Source: an archaeon
GTDB taxonomy: Archaea > Iainarchaeota > Iainarchaeia > Iainarchaeales > CSSED10-239
Assembly (NCBI GenBank): GCA_035390665.1
Contig: DAOOUC010000011.1
Location: forward strand, 1-16,113
Length of the DNA stretch: 16,113 nucleotides
Direction: 5' to 3'
The notes below the pieces were generated by a model that had not been told where the DNA came from, searched no databases, and was given only the letters and a program-made list of their open reading frames with translations. The position numbers were made by a program, and so were the translations under genes. Positions 1-6,600 of this stretch are shown one piece after another. Positions within the stretch are counted from its first letter, which is position 1, and each line of letters starts with the position of its first letter.

Positions 1-1
1 C

Positions 2-1780
2 ATGTTAACAACAGGTGCAGGGGTAGCAACTGCTCGTGCAATAAAAAGAGAAATGCCAGGTGCATATGACACCGTAGATGAATTTATTAATCCAGCAATA
101 ACAAACACCACGGTAATTGGGCCACCAGGAGGGCCACCACTTGCAGGTAAGGATTTAATTAATTTTAATTCTCAATTAACTAATCAACACACATATATAT
201 CAAGATATGTAGGAACAAAACCACATAGTGCTGGTCAATTTGTATTTAATCCAGCAAATACTGCAGACGATGCATTTTTAAAAACAATTTTACCAAAAAT
301 ATCAGATAGTTCTGGTAATTTAGATTTGGTTAAATTTAATGCATTAGATCCAAAAGACTTATCTGACTTTAAAGCAGTCATCGATAGAGGAAGTTATCTT
401 GGAAAAAAAGGATTAATACAGCCAGATAAAGCCAAATTTTTAAGTAGGTTAGATACACACATTGCATCTAAAACTCCAAGTTCTTCTACAGTTGTAAAAG
501 AAATGACCGAAGATGTCTTGAATCAATCATTAAAAAGTGCAAAAGCTCAAGATAAAGCATTGAAAGCAAGAGCCGAAGCTGTACAAAGCAGACTAGATAA
601 AAAAACAAAAATAAAAAAACCATCTTTAAAAGCAAAAAAAGAAATATCTAAGCTTACAGATGAATTAGATGAAGTAAAGAAACTACAGAATGCAACTACA
701 GAGCGTTTAAAAACTTTTGAATCAGTTAAAGCAAACGGATCAAAAGGGGGAATTTATACAATAGATGATGCAGCAGCAAAAACCTTAAGTCAAGCAGATA
801 ACACAATTGCAACAATTGCAAAACCAACATCGAGATTAACAAAGTTTGGAGTTGGCGCAGGGAGATTTGCATCAGATTTACTTGTTATGTATTTCTCTAA
901 TAAATTAGCAAACGAGGCAGTAGATGTTTTAACAGAAGAAGGTCAATTAAATAATATGGTTTATGTAGATGACACAGTACCAATTAAAGAATTTAAAAAA
1001 CAAACCTGGTATAGAGTACAAATCTACAAATCAGAAAATAATTCATATAGTCAAGTATATACTTTAGAAGAACCAAATATAACTACAGAAAACATTATTT
1101 ACTATAGAACAAATACCGAAGTTGTAAAATTAATAACAACAGAACACCAAGAAGAAATGTATCAAACAAATAACCCTCAAACAAGTGATCCATATACTCC
1201 ACGCACAACCGGAAGTATAGGATTAAATACAGAGGATATAGCAACGATTGCAGAACTTCAAGCAAAAATGTTTCAAGAGAAAGAAAATCAATTAAAAGGA
1301 TACAATGATTGTTCTTTTTCTACAGTTGGTTCTGTTTGTAATAATCTAGATCCTCTTAAACCAAATTATTGTTCTGCATTTGCACAAAGAGTTGCAACAG
1401 AAGTTTATGGCATAACTTATAATCGCGGAAACGCATGTGATAGTGCAACAGTAAATTTTGGAACCAGAAATAAAGTAATTTGGCAAAGTGGAAGAGATTC
1501 AGATGAAGATTTTGAAAATTATTTAATACCCGGTGCAGCTTTAACATTAAGGAACTATGGAGGATCATTAAATTGCGATCCTTCTCATGTTGTTTTGTAT
1601 GTAGGAAAACAGAATGGATCGACACAATATATAATACATCAATGGGGAAATAAATCTCATCTTGAACCATTATTCCAATCACAAGGTGGAAGATTTAATT
1701 TATCTAAAAATGTTTATCAAATTGTAATTCCTGAAAACGGTTATACACTTTATGATCAATTTGTTACAAAGACAGCATAA
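2..1780 (+). CDS. 5'-partial protein with a Lys-rich coiled-coil segment and a C-terminal NlpC/P60-type cysteine peptidase domain
   Basis: 592-aa ORF in the track. The frame is open to the window edge, so the ATG at 2 is probably internal. TAA stop at 1778-1780. Codon and A-richness pattern matches the neighbouring genes. The C-terminal Cys/His/His motif set is described in the domain feature. Confidence 0.85.
   Translation: MLTTGAGVATARAIKREMPGAYDTVDEFINPAITNTTVIGPPGGPPLAGKDLINFNSQLTNQHTYISRYVGTKPHSAGQFVFNPANTADDAFLKTILPKISDSSGNLDLVKFNALDPKDLSDFKAVIDRGSYLGKKGLIQPDKAKFLSRLDTHIASKTPSSSTVVKEMTEDVLNQSLKSAKAQDKALKARAEAVQSRLDKKTKIKKPSLKAKKEISKLTDELDEVKKLQNATTERLKTFESVKANGSKGGIYTIDDAAAKTLSQADNTIATIAKPTSRLTKFGVGAGRFASDLLVMYFSNKLANEAVDVLTEEGQLNNMVYVDDTVPIKEFKKQTWYRVQIYKSENNSYSQVYTLEEPNITTENIIYYRTNTEVVKLITTEHQEEMYQTNNPQTSDPYTPRTTGSIGLNTEDIATIAELQAKMFQEKENQLKGYNDCSFSTVGSVCNNLDPLKPNYCSAFAQRVATEVYGITYNRGNACDSATVNFGTRNKVIWQSGRDSDEDFENYLIPGAALTLRNYGGSLNCDPSHVVLYVGKQNGSTQYIIHQWGNKSHLEPLFQSQGGRFNLSKNVYQIVIPENGYTLYDQFVTKTA
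494..736 (+). other. Lys/Glu/Ala-rich predicted coiled-coil segment of gene 1 (aa ~165-245)
   Basis: Sequence VKEMTEDVLNQSLKSAKAQDKALKARAEAVQSRLDKKTKIKKPSLKAKKEISKLTDELDEVKKLQNATTERLKTFESVKA is heptad-like, highly charged, and free of Pro/Gly except for one Pro. Confidence 0.5.
1304..1756 (+). other. NlpC/P60-like (papain-fold) peptidase domain of gene 1; candidate triad Cys457 (1370-1372), His529 (1586-1588), His546 (1637-1639)
   Basis: NYCSAFAQRVATEVYGITYNRGNA resembles the NlpC/P60 catalytic-Cys helix (DCSGfv...GI.LPR). LIPGAALTL resembles pGDlvff. SHVVLYVGKQNGSTQYIIHQ resembles gHVgiYiG..g..iHa. The order Cys-His-His is as in the family (Pfam NLPC_P60, PF00877). Recognised by eye only. 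Confidence 0.65.
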
Positions 1781-1815
1781 TCCTTTATATCTCTTTCTTT
1801 CTTTATTTATTTAAA
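1781..1815 (+). promoter_or_regulatory. 35-bp pyrimidine-rich spacer with a TATA-like TTTATAT (1784-1790), then (CTTT)x3 (1793-1804) and (ATTT)x2 (1805-1812). There is no Shine-Dalgarno before the gene 2 ATG
   Basis: The spacer contains no G at all. The TATA-like element is centred ~29 bp upstream of ATG 1816, which fits the spacing of an archaeal leaderless mRNA. The T-runs could equally be an oligo-T terminator for gene 1. TATA-like strings are common in AT-rich DNA. Confidence 0.3.
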
Positions 1816-1911
1816 ATGAAATTAAATAACAAGGGATTTACTTTATTTACTGCGTTAATTTCTTTAATATTAGTATCTATATCTTTAGCTCTTGTATTTA
1901 ACATGATTGCG
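1816..1911 (+). other. Class III (prepilin-type) signal peptide plus N-terminal hydrophobic pilin helix of gene 2
   Basis: KGFT fits both the bacterial G|FTL(I/L)E motif (except Thr instead of Glu at +5) and the archaeal [KR][GA]|[ALIFQMVED][ILMVTAS] class III pattern. Confidence 0.6.
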
Positions 1912-3525
1912 ACAGAAGAAACCTATTTAGATTTAATTCAAGATCAAGCATCTATGTCTGATTTAATAACAATGGGAGATTTAGCAAAAGCCGATGCATT
2001 TAATACTTTTTTAATTTCTTTAAGATCTAAATGGGAAGAAACTAAATCAGATCCAAACAATCCATTTAGAATACAAAGAAAGCACATAGACATGAATTGG
2101 ACAGAATTTACAGATGATTTTGTAAAAGATACTTTTTTTGAAAGAAATTTTGCAGGTTATTTTGCTCAATCTTTACTTTATAATCTAGAATATAAAGCAA
2201 ATCCCCCTGGTTATGCAATAACAATAAAAAAAGATGTTGGTTCGGTTAATGCACAAGGGGTTTACCAAGAAAATGAAAATTTTAATGAAATTATAGAACA
2301 AATATTTAGAGATGGCGGACAGAAAGTAAATATAGTAGATTGTAATCAAGATGGTGATGATTGTGTTGGTTCTTTCTATTTAACTTTAGATACAACAAAA
2401 TTATCTGACGAAAATTATGAGATGTTACCAATAATAACTGTTTTAAGATATAAAACAAACCAAGTTATTCAAAGACCAATATTAAACAGACAAGTATATA
2501 AAATATATATGCCATGGCGTGGATTTCAGGCATTTAGAGTGGTAAGAAGAATTGCATTGGGTGATGCAGAAAAAGAGGATTTTCCAGCAACATCAGAGCA
2601 GTACACTGGTTTATTTAACCCAAAACTTCACAACACTTTAGAGCAAGCAAGACTTGGTTATTGTGATCCAGGAACTTGTTCTCCTCGCCCAAACTTTTTT
2701 CAAACACCAACAAAAAAAGGATTTGATAATAAATGTAATCAAGTTCCTACAACTTCATTTTCAGGAGGTGTACCGTCAATTCTTACAGGAATATCTCTTT
2801 CTGGAAATTATGATTCAAAAGATGTAAGCAACATGAAAGAACAATTTAATACATTTTATGAAGCAGTTTTAAATCATCAATTACAATCACTTTCTGGTGC
2901 AGCATATCCAAATACCGGATTAATAATGGAAGGGAACACACACGGAGACCTTAATTTTATGGAAATAAAAGCAGAAGCGGAAGGTAAGGAAAAAACTAAA
3001 AAAATAATAGAGCAAGAAACTGTTTCAGGGATAAACATAGGTGATTATCCATCAACTACTTTTTCAGCATTACAAGATATTTCAGGAATTGCAGGTGGTA
3101 TTGGAATATATTTAAATGATAATAAATCTAGTTATATTTGGGATGAATATAATACCTGGTATTTACAACACAATAACAAAAGTGTAGGTGCAAATTCAAG
3201 TGCCGCAAGTATTAATTTTACTTGTGTTGAATTAAGAGAAACTGTATTATCTTTTAAGTTTATAGAAACGGATCCAAGATATTATGTAAGAGAAAACTAC
3301 ACAAATAATGGAATAACAACTCCTGTTTCAATAAATGTAGAATTAAGAGATACATATGCGCCTTTTTTCTTCCCTAGTTCCACAAATTTATGGAATACAC
3401 TTACAGCTGATGGAAAAGGGTATATTTCTGGCACACCTCCAGATCTTGAAGGAGATTTTGAAAATAAATGGACTTGTTATACAAAAGCCGATGGAGATGG
3501 TGCAAAGTGTGGTGTAGTGGAATAA
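1816..3525 (+). CDS. Large type IV pilin-like (prepilin-type signal) secreted protein, a possible pilus tip or minor-pilin adhesin
   Basis: 569-aa ORF from ATG 1816 to TAA 3523-3525. The N-terminus MKLNNKG|FTLFTALISLILVSISLALVFNMIA has a short basic n-region, K-G at -2/-1, F-T-L at +1..+3, then a ~25-aa hydrophobic helix, which is the prepilin peptidase substrate pattern. Paired cysteines occur throughout, including a C-terminal C-x10-C loop. Confidence 0.85.
   Translation: MKLNNKGFTLFTALISLILVSISLALVFNMIATEETYLDLIQDQASMSDLITMGDLAKADAFNTFLISLRSKWEETKSDPNNPFRIQRKHIDMNWTEFTDDFVKDTFFERNFAGYFAQSLLYNLEYKANPPGYAITIKKDVGSVNAQGVYQENENFNEIIEQIFRDGGQKVNIVDCNQDGDDCVGSFYLTLDTTKLSDENYEMLPIITVLRYKTNQVIQRPILNRQVYKIYMPWRGFQAFRVVRRIALGDAEKEDFPATSEQYTGLFNPKLHNTLEQARLGYCDPGTCSPRPNFFQTPTKKGFDNKCNQVPTTSFSGGVPSILTGISLSGNYDSKDVSNMKEQFNTFYEAVLNHQLQSLSGAAYPNTGLIMEGNTHGDLNFMEIKAEAEGKEKTKKIIEQETVSGINIGDYPSTTFSALQDISGIAGGIGIYLNDNKSSYIWDEYNTWYLQHNNKSVGANSSAASINFTCVELRETVLSFKFIETDPRYYVRENYTNNGITTPVSINVELRDTYAPFFFPSSTNLWNTLTADGKGYISGTPPDLEGDFENKWTCYTKADGDGAKCGVVE
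3475..3510 (+). other. C-terminal Cys-x10-Cys loop of gene 2 (CYTKADGDGAKC), similar to the pilin D-region disulfide loop
   Basis: Cys554 (3475-3477) and Cys565 (3508-3510) lie 4 residues from the C-terminus. Bacterial type IVa pilins carry a disulfide-bonded loop in this position. Confidence 0.4.
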
Positions 3526-3552
3526 ATAACTTATATCAGTTAATTAATATTA

Positions 3553-3607
3553 GTTTATAAACCTTTTTAGTCATTAAATAATATATAAAAAAGGTATGTT
3601 TATAAAC
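3553..3607. promoter_or_regulatory. Two copies of the perfect 10-bp palindrome GTTTATAAAC (3553-3562, 3598-3607) inside a larger imperfect inverted repeat. Candidate promoter (TATA/BRE-like) and/or operator upstream of the giant gene
   Basis: Left arm GTTTATAAACCTTTTT (3553-3568). The reverse complement of the right arm (3588-3607) is GTTTATAAAC-ATAC-CTTTTT, so the arms match apart from a 4-nt insertion. It lies in the only sizeable spacer in the window (133 bp). Further TATA-like runs are at 3620-3638, and a weak SD AAGGT at 3646-3650. Confidence 0.4.
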
Positions 3608-3658
3608 AATTATATTATCTATAATATAATATATAAAAACGAAAAAAGGTCTTAAAAA

Positions 3659-6600
3659 ATGGGTTTAAAAGAATTCTACTACAGCCTAGAAGATAAATAT
3701 TTTGAAATGCTTGATAATTTGGAGGAAAAAGGAATAAATCTTTATAAAATAATTGATCCTCTTGAGAAAAACGGAATATCTACTTTCCCTATTTTTTCGT
3801 TAATTGTTCTTGCATTAATTGCATTAATAATATTCTTATTAGTATCTAATTTTACATCAATTGGCTCAAATGAAGTAAGAATTGCTTTTTTTGATGAGAC
3901 TCAAAACCCAATACAAGACACAGATATTAAAATAAAATTAAATGGTGTTTCTGATACAGTAACTACCGACAATTCAGGTGTTGTCTATCTAAGTGATTTA
4001 GATAAAACTAAATTATATGAATTAGAATTAGATGATGCTTCTTATAAATTAATTGATAGAGATTATTATGATTTAAATCCAACAACAAAATATCATTTAA
4101 TTAATATTGAAAAAATAGAATATCAAAGTACAAAAACAATTTCTTTCAAAAAACAATCTGGGGAGTTATTATTAGAAGAATTAGATGTAATTTTTGAATG
4201 TACAAATGGGAATTATACAAGTGAAAATACAATAACAGAGGGATTAATTACCTTAAGTGATATACCAAAAGATTGTGGAAGATTAACAGTAACTATCTTA
4301 GGAAGAAACGACTATACTCCTAATATCCCAGAAGAAGGAACAGTAGGAGAAGTAAGATTTAGTGAAAGTATAAGTTATGGTACTCTTTCTATAACAGTAA
4401 AAGATAAAGATTCTTTGTTTAATTTAGCAAATGTAAATGTTTCTATTTATGATAAGGCAACAGATATGTTGATTGATAGTGATACAACAAATCAAAATGG
4501 AATAATGATTTCAGAAAGCGTAATAGTAAACAAGCAATATTATGTTTTAGTTTCTGATCCAAATTCAATATATTCTACAATTACAAAATCAGATTATCAA
4601 AATAATTTAATTTCTTTTATTCAGATAAAACAAGGAATGAATACTTTAGATTTAAAATTAAAAAAAGATATTATTGGTTTTATTGAAGTAAGAGTAAAAG
4701 ATAAAGTAACAGGTGCTCTTTTAGAAGGAGTTAATGTAAAATTATCAAGACTTGGAAACATAATGGATACTAGAGCAACAGAAGTTAATGGACAAGTAAA
4801 ATTCCCTATTAAAGAAAATGTTTCTTATATTTTAACTTTAGATAAGCCAGGCTATTTATTACAATCTCAAACTGCAAGTATTTCTTCAAATATTATAGAT
4901 ATTAGTTTAAGATCAATGACTGAAACAGGAAATTATCCTGCACATATAAATGTTGTTGATGGTGAAAGAAAAGGAATAGAATATGCCACAGTAAAAATAT
5001 GGGATGTTCTAAATAACGAAGTTGTAAAAGTTGTTACAACAGATATTTCAGGTAAAGTAGTAGTAAATAATTTAAATCCAGAAGGCACATATTTTGTAGA
5101 AGCAATTTCAGGTAAATTTACAGGAAAATCAAATAATTTCACAGTTAAAGAAAGAGAAATTGAAGAAGTTTATGCAATTGTAGAAATAGGTCAAGGGACA
5201 TATAATTTAGTAATAATGGATGATAGTCAAAATCCAATTTCTGCACCAATAAAAGTTTATGATGTAAAAAATAATAAAGAAATGGAAGAGAAAAGAACAA
5301 CATCAAATGAGAGCGGTCTTGCAATCATAAGCATTAGAGCAGATAAAACTGTATTTTTTAGTATTGAAACAGATCAAGGAAATGTAATAACAAAACAATA
5401 TAATGTTCCTGCAGAGAATACCTTTAATGAAACAATAATTATCCCTGCAAAAATTTCAAGTTCTTCAAACATAGAATTTATTGGTTTTTATAATAGTTCA
5501 GGAGAGATTGTGTCAAGTATTATTCCAGGACAAACTCAAACAGCTAGATTTTTATTAAATGTAGATAAAAAATATTCTAAAGTTGTTGCTCATTTAAGAA
5601 CAGGAGAAGGAGACACTTGTGGTACTAGAACCTATTCTGCAAATGAAGATTTTATTTATATTAAACAAGTAAGTTTTGCTGGAAGCAAAATGATTGGCTC
5701 TTTAGATTATACACCTTGCTTTGGAGAAACAAAAGATTTAGCATCAATTGTTACAAAAAACACAAAGTGGGTAAATTTAGTATTAGATAACCCAGTTGTT
5801 GGTTCTTATTTAATAGATGCAGAAATTGTAGTGTTAGATAGTGCTACAACAAATCAATCAATCTATTATAGAGCAGAATATCAACAAGGAACAACAGTAT
5901 TAAGAAACCCATTAGATGCAACAATCGGAACAAGTACAAGTTCTTCAACAAAGCAAGCACTATATGCTTATGCTAAAAATTTGCCAATCTTTGTAGGAGA
6001 TACAAGTAACTGTGATGGTAGTATTTGTTATTCTTTTGCATTTAGAGAAAAAAACACATCTCAAGATAAAAGAGTAATAGATAAATTTTCAGCAAAAGAT
6101 GGGACAGATTATAAATTTAAATTTAGATTTGGAGTTTTAAGACCAGTAAGTGATGCAACAATTAAAATTTCAACAACAGGTCAAACAATTAAATTAAATA
6201 GCTATACTATTAGTCCAGCAGGAAGCTTACCAATAGTAGATACAGAGTTTTCAGATATTGACATAGGAAGTATTTCAGCTAACGACATAGTAACAGGCGA
6301 AGTTGATTTATCTGTAATAAACGATATTAGTGATGAATTAGTAATTGAGATTAGCTCAAATGGAGACGCAGTCTTTGAAAAGAAAATATTATTTGATTTA
6401 AAACCTTCAAAGAATTTTACTGTAGAATTCTTACCAAAGATGGTTGTGCCATATATTCCAAACAATGCAATAATTGGGGTAATGGATGATACAAATAAAT
6501 CAGTAATGGATGCAAGTGTATTTGTTAAGATTAACTCAAAACCAATCATTGATGGAAAAACAAACAGAGAAGGTCTATTTACATTTATATTACCTGCAAC

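Noticed and set aside
122-148. GPPGGPPLAG in gene 1, considered as a collagen-like repeat
   Set aside because: It is a single short Pro/Gly patch with no G-X-Y periodicity beyond about three triplets.
599-640. Three A7 homopolymer runs (599-605, 613-619, 634-640) in gene 1, considered as slippage or phase-variation sites
   Set aside because: They simply encode the Lys-rich segment (KKTKIKK...AKKE) with the AAA codon favoured in this genome. There is no evidence of frameshifted continuation in the other frames.
1356-1682. 108-aa minus-strand ORF overlapping the peptidase domain of gene 1
   Set aside because: It is antisense to a well-supported coding region with recognisable catalytic motifs. 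Its product is a Leu/Phe/His/Gln-rich low-complexity string, typical of the shadow of an A-rich gene.
3561-3595. ACCUUUUU...AAAAAGGU hairpin considered as a rho-independent terminator for gene 2
   Set aside because: The stem is 8 bp and almost all A-U, with a 19-nt loop and no proper downstream U-tract. It is too weak for an intrinsic terminator. The symmetry is better explained at the DNA level (see the palindrome finding).
3596-3655. 19-codon mini-ORF (MFINNYIIYNIIYKNEKRS) in the gene 2-3 spacer, ending 3 nt before the gene 3 ATG. Considered as a possible leader peptide
   Set aside because: Its ATG directly abuts the GGT of the AAAAAGGT arm, leaving no usable SD spacing. In DNA this AT-rich, a 20-codon open stretch is not statistically remarkable by my rough estimate. 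No conservation can be assessed. It is worth revisiting only if ribosome profiling or orthologue comparison supports it.
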